Assembly (NCBI GenBank): GCA_035550215.1
Contig: DASZPM010000016.1
Coordinates: 5,788-69,787, forward strand
Direction: 5' to 3'
DNA: 64,000 bases
Origin: Chitinophagaceae bacterium
Lineage (GTDB): Bacteria > Bacteroidota > Bacteroidia > Chitinophagales > Chitinophagaceae
Position 1 is the stretch's first letter. Each line of letters begins with the position of its first letter. The notes below the pieces were generated by a model, which saw only the letters and a program-made list of their open reading frames with translations, searched no databases and was not told the origin of the DNA. Shown one piece after another: positions 45,545-54,315 of this stretch. A program made the translations under genes and the position numbers.

Positions 45545-48232
45545 ATGCGAAAAACATTTTTAAGAACGCTTATACAGGTATTGCTGTTGATAATACTTAT
45601 AAATGGCCATGCATTAAGCCAAACAATACCGGCGTATAAAAACCCGCAGTTAAGCATTGATGAAAGGGTTAAAGACCTTTTGCAGCGCATGACCCCTGAA
45701 GAAAAATTCTGGCAGTTGTTTATGATACCGGGCGATTTGGATAATGTGGATTCCAATCAATATAAGCATGGCATTTTTGGATTCCAGGTAAGCGCTGCTT
45801 CAAAGGGAAATAATGCCGCAGCGCAAATGCTGCAATACGGCACTGCAGAAGATGCGCTTAGCCTTGCTAAAAAAATAAATGCCATACAAAAATATTTTGT
45901 TGAGAAAAGCAGGCTGGGTATACCAATAATTCCATTTGATGAAGTCCTGCATGGCCTCGTGCTTAGCGGTGCAACCTCTTTTCCGCAGGCTATTGGCCTT
46001 GCGGCAACATGGGACACTTTGATGATGCATAACGTTGCGGAAAGAATAGCAGATGAAACAAAAGCGCGCGGCATACGCCAGGTGTTATCACCGGTAATAA
46101 ATATAGCCAGCGACGTACGGTGGGGAAGAACGGAAGAAACCTACGGCGAAGACCCATTCCTGGCATCTGAAATGGCAGTAGCATTTGTTGGCGCTTTTGA
46201 AAGAAAGGGCATCATAACAACGCCAAAGCATTTTATTGCCAACGTTGGCGCGGGTGGAAGAGATAGCTACCCCATTGACTATGATGAAAGGCTGCTGGAT
46301 GAAGTGTACTTTCCGCCGTTTAAAGCGAGTTTTCAAAAGGGCGGCTCACGGTCAGTAATGACAGCCTATAATTCTCTCAACGGTTCGCCCTGTTCTGCTA
46401 ACGATTGGCTGCTGAATAAAAAATTAAAAGAAGACTGGGGCTTTAAAGGGTTTGTAATTTCAGATGCAAGCGCAGTAGGCGGCGCAAATGTGCTGCATTA
46501 CACCGCGAAGGATTACCCGGAGGCAGGTCAGCAGGCTATTACCAACGGCCTTGATGTTATTTTTCAAACAGCGTATAAGCACTACAAGCTGTTCATACCG
46601 CCATTTCTTAATGGCGGCATCCCGCAGGCAAGAATTGATGATGCGGTGTCGCGTGTATTGCGTGCAAAATTTGAACTGGGGCTGTTTGAAAACCCTTATG
46701 TTTCTGAAGCGGACGCCGCTAAATGGGTACACACTGACTCGAGTAAATATTTAGCGCGGAAGGCGGCTTTTGAATCAATCGTGTTGCTGAAAAATGAAAA
46801 AAGTGTATTGCCTTTCAGTAGTAATATACACAGCATAGCAGTTATTGGTGAAGATGCCGTTGATGCACGGTTAGGGGGCTACAGCGGCCCCGGTAACGGT
46901 AAGGTTAGCATACTGGATGGCATAAAACAAAGAGCGGCAGACAGCATACAGGTGAGTTATACACCAGGCTGTGGTATAAGTACGCAGGAATGGGTTGTTG
47001 TACCGTCAAAGTATATCACCTGCAACATAAATAATGCTGTGAAAGAAGGATTGAAAGGGGAGTATTTTGATAATATAACCCTTACTGGGACGCCTAAAGT
47101 TGTTAGGGATGACCGGGAAATAAATTTTGGATGGACATTATTTCCGCCGGACGCTTCGTTGCCACTTGACTTTTATTCTGTAAGATGGACGGGTGAATTA
47201 AAATCGCCAGTTACGGGTACGTACAAGATTGGACTTGACGGTAATGACGGGTTTCGGTTGTACATTAACGGCAAACTGTTAATTGATAACTGGAAAAAGC
47301 AAACGTACAGCACAAAGCTGGCTGAATTTTCGTTTGAGAAAAACAAGGTATATAACATTAGGGTGGAGTTTTTTGAACCCAACGGAAATGCCCATATAAA
47401 ACTAATATGGAATGTTGGAGTGAATGATGACTGGAATACAAAAATAAACGAAGCGGTGGCTGCAGCGCAAAAAGCAGATGTAGCTGTTATTGCAGCGGGT
47501 ATTATTGAAGGTGAGTTCCAGGACAGGGCCATGTTAACGCTGCCCGGCCACCAGGAAGAATTGATACAGCGTGTTGCGGCAACGGGCAAGCCGGTTGTGG
47601 TTTTGCTGGTGGGCGGCAGCGCGGTGGTAATGAATAACTGGATTAACAGGGTAAAAGGCATTGTTGATGTTTGGTACCCGGGTGAAGAAGGAGGCCATGC
47701 TGTTGCCCATGTATTGTTTGGGGATTACAATCCTGCAGGGAGGCTGCCTATTACTTTTCCCCTAAATGAGGCGCAGTTGCCGCTGGTGTATAACCATAAG
47801 CCAACCGGCAGGGGGGATGATTATAACAACCTTACAGGTTTGCCGTTATTCCCGTTCGGTTACGGCCTCAGTTACACAACATTTGAGTATAGTAATATGC
47901 AGGTAGAAAAAAACAATATTGATACTGGCGCATCAACAATTGTAACATGCGATGTAAAGAACACAGGCGCAAGAGAAGGGGACGAAGTTGTGCAATTATA
48001 CATTCACGATGAAATTGCATCGGTGTCAAGGCCGGTAATGGAATTAAAAGGTTTTCAAAGGATACGGTTAAAGCCGGGTGAAGTAAAGAAGGTTTCTTTT
48101 GCCATCACCCCGGCTTTATTAAAAATGCTGAACGAGAAGATGCAGTGGGTAGTTGAGCCCGGCGACTTCAGGATAATGATTGGCGCTTCGTCCCGTGACA
48201 TAAGGCTTAAGAGCACCCTGCATGTGAACTAA
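45545..48232 (+). CDS. Glycoside hydrolase family 3 beta-glucosidase with an inserted PA14 domain, secreted
   Basis: Signal peptide present. GH3 blocks include GRTEETYGEDP and GFVISDASAV (nucleophile Asp). The PA14-like insert spans about 47049-47415 (GLKGEYFDN...VRWTGE...FRLYINGKLL). Confidence 0.9.
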   Translation: MRKTFLRTLIQVLLLIILINGHALSQTIPAYKNPQLSIDERVKDLLQRMTPEEKFWQLFMIPGDLDNVDSNQYKHGIFGFQVSAASKGNNAAAQMLQYGTAEDALSLAKKINAIQKYFVEKSRLGIPIIPFDEVLHGLVLSGATSFPQAIGLAATWDTLMMHNVAERIADETKARGIRQVLSPVINIASDVRWGRTEETYGEDPFLASEMAVAFVGAFERKGIITTPKHFIANVGAGGRDSYPIDYDERLLDEVYFPPFKASFQKGGSRSVMTAYNSLNGSPCSANDWLLNKKLKEDWGFKGFVISDASAVGGANVLHYTAKDYPEAGQQAITNGLDVIFQTAYKHYKLFIPPFLNGGIPQARIDDAVSRVLRAKFELGLFENPYVSEADAAKWVHTDSSKYLARKAAFESIVLLKNEKSVLPFSSNIHSIAVIGEDAVDARLGGYSGPGNGKVSILDGIKQRAADSIQVSYTPGCGISTQEWVVVPSKYITCNINNAVKEGLKGEYFDNITLTGTPKVVRDDREINFGWTLFPPDASLPLDFYSVRWTGELKSPVTGTYKIGLDGNDGFRLYINGKLLIDNWKKQTYSTKLAEFSFEKNKVYNIRVEFFEPNGNAHIKLIWNVGVNDDWNTKINEAVAAAQKADVAVIAAGIIEGEFQDRAMLTLPGHQEELIQRVAATGKPVVVLLVGGSAVVMNNWINRVKGIVDVWYPGEEGGHAVAHVLFGDYNPAGRLPITFPLNEAQLPLVYNHKPTGRGDDYNNLTGLPLFPFGYGLSYTTFEYSNMQVEKNNIDTGASTIVTCDVKNTGAREGDEVVQLYIHDEIASVSRPVMELKGFQRIRLKPGEVKKVSFAITPALLKMLNEKMQWVVEPGDFRIMIGASSRDIRLKSTLHVN

Positions 48233-48247
48233 TGTTGTGCGCATCTG

Positions 48248-50248
48248 TCATTTAATAATGATTTTGGTTGTAGTTGATGTTTTGTTGGTGACTACTGACA
48301 CAAAATATTGTCCTGCTGCAAGACGGGTAACATCAAAGCTGTTGTTTACAGAAACATGCTGCCATTGCTTTACTGCCTGCCCCTGCATATTGTAAATTAC
48401 TATCCTGTCTGCAGTTGTTATACCCGGCATGTTAATAGTAATAAAGGCTGCAGCGGGGTTGGGATATACTGTTACAGCCAGGTTTTGCCCCATGGTCTTA
48501 ACAGCTACGATATTTGAATAATTGTACCTGCCGTCTTCATCAACCTGTTTAAGACGATAATAGTTAGCGACTGTTAACGGGGATGCGTCAAAGAATGAAT
48601 AATGCAGGGCAGAGGATGAATGCACTGCACCTTCAACAACGCCAATGGAGTCAAATGTAGCAGGGTTTACAGCTCTTTGAATGACAAAGTATTTACTGTT
48701 GGTTTCAGTTTGTGTTTGCCATTGCAGCATTATGCCCGATTTAAGGTATTGCGCGGTTAACGGCAACATTTCAACAGGCAATGTACCCGAAGATGTAAGC
48801 AGTGAACAATAAATATCCGGGGCGGCGTTTGTGTTCCTGTTATCTTCCCAAACCACAATACCATTGCCGGTGCTGCCAGGTATGATTTCGGGTTTTTGTT
48901 GTGTTCCCGGTGCAACTGAAATGGCAACACCGCCAGGCGTCCACAGGGACGCTCCGGAAGTATCAATCGCCTGGCCGTAAATGTGGGCATCCGTTGTTCG
49001 TACATCCGGCCATGCTATAAGCGCATTGCCTTTATTATCTGTCATCATGCTCAATATGTTAGCGTCTTCGGCAAACAACACAGCGCCTGAATAAGAAAGC
49101 CTTGGTGTAATACGGATGCCATTGGCTTTAAATGCTGTATCGCCATTATTGTTTATACGCTGGGCATACAGGGCAAACGACTCTCTTTCATCGCACCATG
49201 CAACATACGCGCCCCCTGCACTGTCCGATGTAAGCTGCGGGAAGAATTGCCTGTATTGGGCGGTGCAAACGGCTATGCCATTATTGTTGTACCACGGGTC
49301 GGTAGAGTTAAGCCATTTTTTGTTGCCGGATGAATCGAGCTTTTGAATATACACGTCAAACGTGGGGCCGAAGTAGCCCGTCCTGTTATCATCCCAAGCT
49401 ATGATGGCGCCTTTGTTGCCATCCGGAATCATGCGCGGGTATTCCTGGTCATAGTCAGCCTGGCAAACTATTAAATCGCTGTAGTTCCACTTCTTTGTTC
49501 CGTTTGTGTCCAGCCTTTGGGCATAAATATTATCATCCGAGCCATCCCTGTTATCATACCAGCAAACAATCATACCGCCCCTTCCATCAGTTACAACCTG
49601 CGGCTCGTAAGCAAAGCCCGAGGAAGGGTAACAAATTTTTGGCGCGTAGGGTAATGTACCCCATAATATGTTGCCGTTACCGTCTACGTGCTGTCCGAAA
49701 ATTAAGTTAGCCCGTGATTGGTAATATTCATCCCATGCCAGGAACGCCCCTCCTTTGCCATCTGCCAATATTGCTATATGGGCTTTGGGGTCAGCGTTTG
49801 AATCTAACGCTACCCCGTTAACGGCCCAAACCGCATTGCCGCCTGCATCAATACGCTGGGCGAAAATATCAGCTTCTTCATTATTGGTTTGGGTGGCATA
49901 ACGGTGGTCTATCCAGGCTACAATAATTCCTCCCGCGTTATCTGTAACAATGCGCGGCCTTTCTGACTGGTTACCTGTGTCTATGGCAATGCCGTTCTTC
50001 GCCCATACTGCGTTGCCTTTACCATCCAGGTGCTGAACATATATATTGCCGAGGTATTTACCGTCGCGGTAATCTTGCCAGCAAATAAAAGCACCGCCCG
50101 CCCCATCCGGCACACTGCGGGGGAATGATTGTGCGCCTGCGGCGTTACAAACAGGCGTATTTTGTGTGGAATCACCGTTCCATTGTTCAAAGCTTTGTAT
50201 GCAGGTTAATAATGCGATAAGTGTTAATACGGGTATCTTTTTCTTCAT
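48248..50248 (-). CDS. T9SS cargo protein with eight ~50-aa propeller-like repeats, a beta-sandwich domain and a Por-type C-terminal sorting domain
   Basis: ATG at 50248 gives signal peptide MKKKIPVLTLIALLTCIQSF. Eight repeats follow the pattern D..GG.iv.W.D.R....IY.Q.id..G...W. The C-terminal VYPNPAAAFITIN...IYNMQGQAV...LAAGQYFV is a T9SS CTD (48251-48481). Confidence 0.8.
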   Translation of the reverse strand: MKKKIPVLTLIALLTCIQSFEQWNGDSTQNTPVCNAAGAQSFPRSVPDGAGGAFICWQDYRDGKYLGNIYVQHLDGKGNAVWAKNGIAIDTGNQSERPRIVTDNAGGIIVAWIDHRYATQTNNEEADIFAQRIDAGGNAVWAVNGVALDSNADPKAHIAILADGKGGAFLAWDEYYQSRANLIFGQHVDGNGNILWGTLPYAPKICYPSSGFAYEPQVVTDGRGGMIVCWYDNRDGSDDNIYAQRLDTNGTKKWNYSDLIVCQADYDQEYPRMIPDGNKGAIIAWDDNRTGYFGPTFDVYIQKLDSSGNKKWLNSTDPWYNNNGIAVCTAQYRQFFPQLTSDSAGGAYVAWCDERESFALYAQRINNNGDTAFKANGIRITPRLSYSGAVLFAEDANILSMMTDNKGNALIAWPDVRTTDAHIYGQAIDTSGASLWTPGGVAISVAPGTQQKPEIIPGSTGNGIVVWEDNRNTNAAPDIYCSLLTSSGTLPVEMLPLTAQYLKSGIMLQWQTQTETNSKYFVIQRAVNPATFDSIGVVEGAVHSSSALHYSFFDASPLTVANYYRLKQVDEDGRYNYSNIVAVKTMGQNLAVTVYPNPAAAFITINMPGITTADRIVIYNMQGQAVKQWQHVSVNNSFDVTRLAAGQYFVSVVTNKTSTTTKIIIK

Positions 50249-50517
50249 ATCTAAGAATGGTTTTAGTGGCTTGTGTTGTATCACAGGATAATGAAAAAAA
50301 GATATCAGTGGGGTATGCTTACACAGCTTAAAATAAGCCATTAATAGCGGCATGCTGTGAAGCCGCTTTATAAGTGGCGGAAGCTATTTAACAAGTGGAT
50401 TGGAGATACCCGGCACCTGTATTATGTTTAAAGATGCGGCAATATAATGGAGTAGTGAATGCTTTTCGCGAAAACACGTTGATGAAACAGTAACAGAAGG
50501 AGAGGGCGTAAGCAAAC

Positions 50518-52194
50518 TTAAAGCCCATACCCCGGGCCTTTAATAAACCTGCCGGGTTTGGCGCCGGTATGTTCGCCGTTTTTCAATACCTGTGTTCCGT
50601 TTACAAAAACCTGTAACACACCTGTTGCATATTGATGCGGCTTTTCGTATGTGGCATGGTCTGTAACTGTTGCCGGGTCAAACACCACCACATCCGCATA
50701 ATTGCCCACCTTTAGTTCACCACGTTTCTGCAGTTTTAAGTTGGTTGCAGGCAGCTTGGCTAACTTGTAAATAGCCTGTTGCAAAGTAAGTACCTTTTCA
50801 TCGCGGGAATATTTACCAAGCACGCGTACAAAATTTCCGTACGCTCTTGGGTGTGCGTTTGATTTTAAAAAGGCGCTGTCATCAATGGAATAGGAACCTT
50901 CATCACTGCCAAAGCTTACCCAGGGCAGGGCGATTTGTTTTTTTACATTGTCTTCGTTCATCATAAAATACACTACCTCAATACGGGTGCTGTCCTGCAC
51001 TATTAAATCCATAGCAGTTTCCTCCGGCGACGTGCCGCGGATTTTTGCTACCTCTGCAAGTGTTTTGCCGGTAAACCTTTTGAGGGAGTCCTGCTTAAAG
51101 CCTAGGAGCAGCACCTTGTCGGGTGAGCCTGCATCGTAGTATAAATTTTCCCAATCGTTGGAAGAGGTGTTCATGGCTTTGGCCATTTGTTTTCTTATCG
51201 CAGGGTCATGCAATCGCTGCCAAAGCTTGCCAAAGCCGCCATCCTGCAGGGTAGGCGGAAATGCGGCCGTCATACCTGTCGCACCGGCAAGATAAGTGTA
51301 CATATCTGCCGTAATGTGCAGCCCTTGCTTTTGGGCTGCTTCCACCATTTTAACCAGGCTGTCCATTTTGGGCCAATTGTCTTTTCCTCCTGCTTTCAGG
51401 TGAAATATTTCGGCGGGTATATCAGCCTCTTTTGAAATAGTGATAAGCTCGTCCACTGCCTGCAGTAATTTATTGCCCTCGCTGCGCATGTGGCTTATAT
51501 ACATGCCGTGGTATTTGGATGCTTCTTTGCACAGCGCTACCAATTCATCGGTTTTGGCAAAAAAGCCGGGCGGGTATATTAACGCGGTACTTACACCCAT
51601 TGCGCCTTCTTTCATGGCTTTATCAACCTGTGCCTTCATGCTGTCTAACTCGGCAGGTGTCGGGGCGCGGTTATCTTCCCCTATTACATAATCACGTACC
51701 TGTGCAGCGCCTACAAACGAAGCCACGTTACAACTAACACCCTTCTTTTCCAGGTAGTTCAGATATTCGCCGAGTGTGTTCCATGCCACATCAAACTTTA
51801 TATCACCCTGGTAGGTTTGCATCTCTTGTTTCATGCGGGGGTTTAACGGACCCATGCTGCCCCCTTCTCCCATTACCTCCAGCGTTACCCCCTGCCTTAT
51901 ATCGCCCTGGCTGCGGCCATCTTCCAGCAAGGCTACATCGCTTTGGCTAAGCATATTAATAAAACCGGGCACTACAGCCATACCTTTTGCGTCAGTTTCA
52001 TTTGTAGCCGATGCGCCTGATAAATCACCTATAAAGGCAATGGTATCCGCATTAATGCCTATATCAGCTTTGTACGGGTCGCCGCCATTGCCATCGTAAA
52101 CCATGCCATTGCGGATGATAGTGTCGTATTGCTGTTTTTGTGAGCAGGAAAAAATAAGGCTTATAAGGCATAAAATGCCTGAAACGTTTCTCAT
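50518..52194 (-). CDS. D-aminoacylase-family amidohydrolase-like lipoprotein lacking the HxH motif
   Basis: Lipoprotein-type signal (LISLIFSC). It is collinear by eye with N-acyl-D-amino-acid deacylases (SHMRSEG, FGSDEGS, ADVVVFDPATV). PGFINMLSQSD stands where PGFIDSHTHDD is expected. Confidence 0.8.
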   Translation of the reverse strand: MRNVSGILCLISLIFSCSQKQQYDTIIRNGMVYDGNGGDPYKADIGINADTIAFIGDLSGASATNETDAKGMAVVPGFINMLSQSDVALLEDGRSQGDIRQGVTLEVMGEGGSMGPLNPRMKQEMQTYQGDIKFDVAWNTLGEYLNYLEKKGVSCNVASFVGAAQVRDYVIGEDNRAPTPAELDSMKAQVDKAMKEGAMGVSTALIYPPGFFAKTDELVALCKEASKYHGMYISHMRSEGNKLLQAVDELITISKEADIPAEIFHLKAGGKDNWPKMDSLVKMVEAAQKQGLHITADMYTYLAGATGMTAAFPPTLQDGGFGKLWQRLHDPAIRKQMAKAMNTSSNDWENLYYDAGSPDKVLLLGFKQDSLKRFTGKTLAEVAKIRGTSPEETAMDLIVQDSTRIEVVYFMMNEDNVKKQIALPWVSFGSDEGSYSIDDSAFLKSNAHPRAYGNFVRVLGKYSRDEKVLTLQQAIYKLAKLPATNLKLQKRGELKVGNYADVVVFDPATVTDHATYEKPHQYATGVLQVFVNGTQVLKNGEHTGAKPGRFIKGPGYGL

Positions 52195-52266
52195 GCAGCT
52201 TGTTTACAGGTAAGTATAATTTTGCTTTCTAAAATTAAGGCAAACAGGGCAAATAACCGGGCTATT

Positions 52267-53190
52267 TTAAATCATGCCCAATTTTATTTTATGCACCAGT
52301 TCCAGGCCTATCCCGCTGATTAATAACCTGTGCTTTTTATTGCTGAGCAGTTGTTGTGTCCAGTCAACAAAACCACCGTCACTCATATTCAGTTCATTTC
52401 CTTTGTAGCGCAGGAATGTTTTAAACTGCACCAGATTATAATAATTATTGGGCTGTTCCTGCGTTAAAATTTCTACTGCATATTCGGCGGAAATTTTTTC
52501 AAGCGCTGTGTGTACCGCCGTTTCTAATACGTTATTTTTCTCCTTCAATAATATTCTTATGGATAAGCCTTCCTTTTTGCATGCTGATGATAATAGTGAA
52601 AGGTGAAGGTTAAGGTGTTCCTGTATTTGTTTCATTTCGAACCGGAACCCGCCGGTATTAAAGCCGCCTGTCGCCATACAGAAAATGCCAAAATGGGCAG
52701 TATGCCCGGGCTGGGCCAATCCCTGGGCCCGTACCAGCCTTTGTGGAGCCACTAATTTTATGGCTTGCCTGGTTTTTGATGTTTTATACTGTTGGGCAAT
52801 AATCAAAGCAAGCATATTGGTAGCATCGCTCATTACTTCGGTGCCCCGTAGTGCGCTTACCACATTATTCTGGTCAATTGTTTTGAAAGACGAACATGTG
52901 CCGAGTGGTGCCAGCGGCGATAACATTACCGGGTCAAACTCACGGGCCGCAGCTTCCTTCAGCCACGCTGTTTCTAAATTCCTGAAATTAATGACATCAA
53001 TGGAAGATGGCATTACAAACCTGTTCTTTTCAAACTGCTGCAACACATCGGCGGGTGAAAGCTGTGCAGTTCTTCTTCTGAATAGCTCCAGCAGTATACT
53101 GTTTAGTTCTGTGCCGGGTAGCTGCGATAGTTTGTCCAGTATTTCATCATTACCTGTTTTGGATGATATTATTGCCGAGATGTTTTTCAT
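52267..53190 (-). CDS. Hypothetical protein; class II aaRS (HisRS/HisZ)-like catalytic-core paralog (tentative)
   Basis: Segments resemble HisRS motif 2 (LVRAQGLAQPGHTAHFGIF), the YYTG block (NNYYNLVQFKTF), GGRYD (SDGGFVDW) and motif 3 (ISGIGLELV). No anticodon-binding domain. ATG at 53190 is preferred. Confidence 0.55.
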   Translation of the reverse strand: MKNISAIISSKTGNDEILDKLSQLPGTELNSILLELFRRRTAQLSPADVLQQFEKNRFVMPSSIDVINFRNLETAWLKEAAAREFDPVMLSPLAPLGTCSSFKTIDQNNVVSALRGTEVMSDATNMLALIIAQQYKTSKTRQAIKLVAPQRLVRAQGLAQPGHTAHFGIFCMATGGFNTGGFRFEMKQIQEHLNLHLSLLSSACKKEGLSIRILLKEKNNVLETAVHTALEKISAEYAVEILTQEQPNNYYNLVQFKTFLRYKGNELNMSDGGFVDWTQQLLSNKKHRLLISGIGLELVHKIKLGMI

Positions 53191-53241
53191 TTGCTTTGTA
53201 ACTGCAATAAAAATACTCAACAATTTTGGTATGGGCCAACA

Positions 53242-53973
53242 TCACCAGTTTACAGGGTATTTAATGCTTAAAATAACACTGTTTTGTATAGCGCAACCCT
53301 GACTTTTTTTAATCATGTTAAACCACGCCAAAGAAGTATTCAGGCGAATATTTTTTGTAACAGGCACACGGTTAACTGTTACCTGTGGTGACACTGCTGT
53401 ATAGGCCTTGTTATGCCATAACGGCGCAAAATACCAGGCGAAAAGATTGATGTCAATATTTTTTACATGATAACTTAGCTGGGCGCGGTTAGTGAGGTTT
53501 TTTTGCAGGAATTTTTTGGTAAGGTTGCCGGCCATAGCGAATAACTCCGCCGAGAGCCTGTTGCTTATTTTCCAGTTGCTTTTTACTAGAAGGCCGGCAT
53601 CAGAAGTGGAATCCCAAAAGCTGCCCATTTGAGAAATGCAGTAATAGCCAGCTACTGTAAATGACAGTTTTTCAGATGCAGGCACGGTTTTTAAAAAGCC
53701 TGTGGTGATATAATTAAGGCCTGTTGTATAATCGTACGTATCCAGCGACTTATAGAGAAAAAAGGTAACCGGTTTTGCCGGCGCCGAAAAAGAAGCCTCC
53801 AGCGTGGTATGGTGGTTTAATACCACGCCGCTAAAGGGTATAAAACCCTGTGAATACAACCCCCACGTAAGCGCCGGCGAAGTTTTGGCAATACTGTCCT
53901 TAACGCTTTGCGCCTGGCAAAACAATGTCAACCCAATGGCAAAGTATGCCATGGTGATAAGCTTAAAAAGCAT
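53242..53973 (-). CDS. Putative outer-membrane beta-barrel protein
   Basis: Signal peptide ends in CQAQS. Amphipathic beta-strand-like segments alternate along the sequence, and the terminus is aromatic (YPVNW). Confidence 0.55.
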   Translation of the reverse strand: MLFKLITMAYFAIGLTLFCQAQSVKDSIAKTSPALTWGLYSQGFIPFSGVVLNHHTTLEASFSAPAKPVTFFLYKSLDTYDYTTGLNYITTGFLKTVPASEKLSFTVAGYYCISQMGSFWDSTSDAGLLVKSNWKISNRLSAELFAMAGNLTKKFLQKNLTNRAQLSYHVKNIDINLFAWYFAPLWHNKAYTAVSPQVTVNRVPVTKNIRLNTSLAWFNMIKKSQGCAIQNSVILSIKYPVNW

Positions 53974-54018
53974 ATTGCTTAATTATTGATTTACTAAAAG
54001 GACTGGGTTGCGGAAGTG

Positions 54019-54048
54019 AAAAAACTGCCGGGCAGCACGCTGCCCGGC
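54019..54048 (-). terminator. Rho-independent terminator
   Basis: On the minus strand, a 9-bp GC-rich stem GCCGGGCAG/CTGCCCGGC with a 4-nt loop is followed by AGTTTTTT. It starts 5 nt after the stop of the 54-aa ORF. Confidence 0.7.
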
Positions 54049-54053
54049 CATGG

Positions 54054-54218
54054 TTATGCCTTACAGGCTGCGTTATGGCTCATCCTGCCTGGCTTAAGCT
54101 TCTTTAAAATGGCTGCAAGGTTTACCAATATGTTTAACCCCTTTACCGGCTTAGTGAAAAGGCCATTGAAATCCACAACATCCTTTTCTATATAACCGGG
54201 TGTTTGTTGATGTTGCAT
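54054..54218 (-). CDS. Unannotated small ORF (54 aa), below the ORF-track length cutoff
   Basis: Runs from ATG at 54218 to TAA at 54056-54054. It encodes MQHQQTPGYIEKDVVDFNGLFTKPVKGLNILVNLAAILKKLKPGRMSHNAACKA. A strong terminator follows directly, and the ORF is divergent from the CGNR gene. Confidence 0.45.
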   Translation of the reverse strand: MQHQQTPGYIEKDVVDFNGLFTKPVKGLNILVNLAAILKKLKPGRMSHNAACKA

Positions 54219-54245
54219 TGCGTATTGTTTTTGTTGTATATTTGC

Positions 54246-54315
54246 TTTACCGTCTAAATGTAATTAGGTGGTAAAATTAATAAACTTTACCAATAAAACA
54301 AACTTTAATGGTAAA
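54246..54315. promoter_or_regulatory. Array of TTTACC/GGTAAA hexamers in a divergent promoter region (candidate operator)
   Basis: TTTACC at 54246 and 54286; GGTAAA at 54270 and 54310. Further TTTACC copies lie at 54121 and 54142. The 10-mer TTTACCAATA occurs at both 54121 and 54286. Confidence 0.3.
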
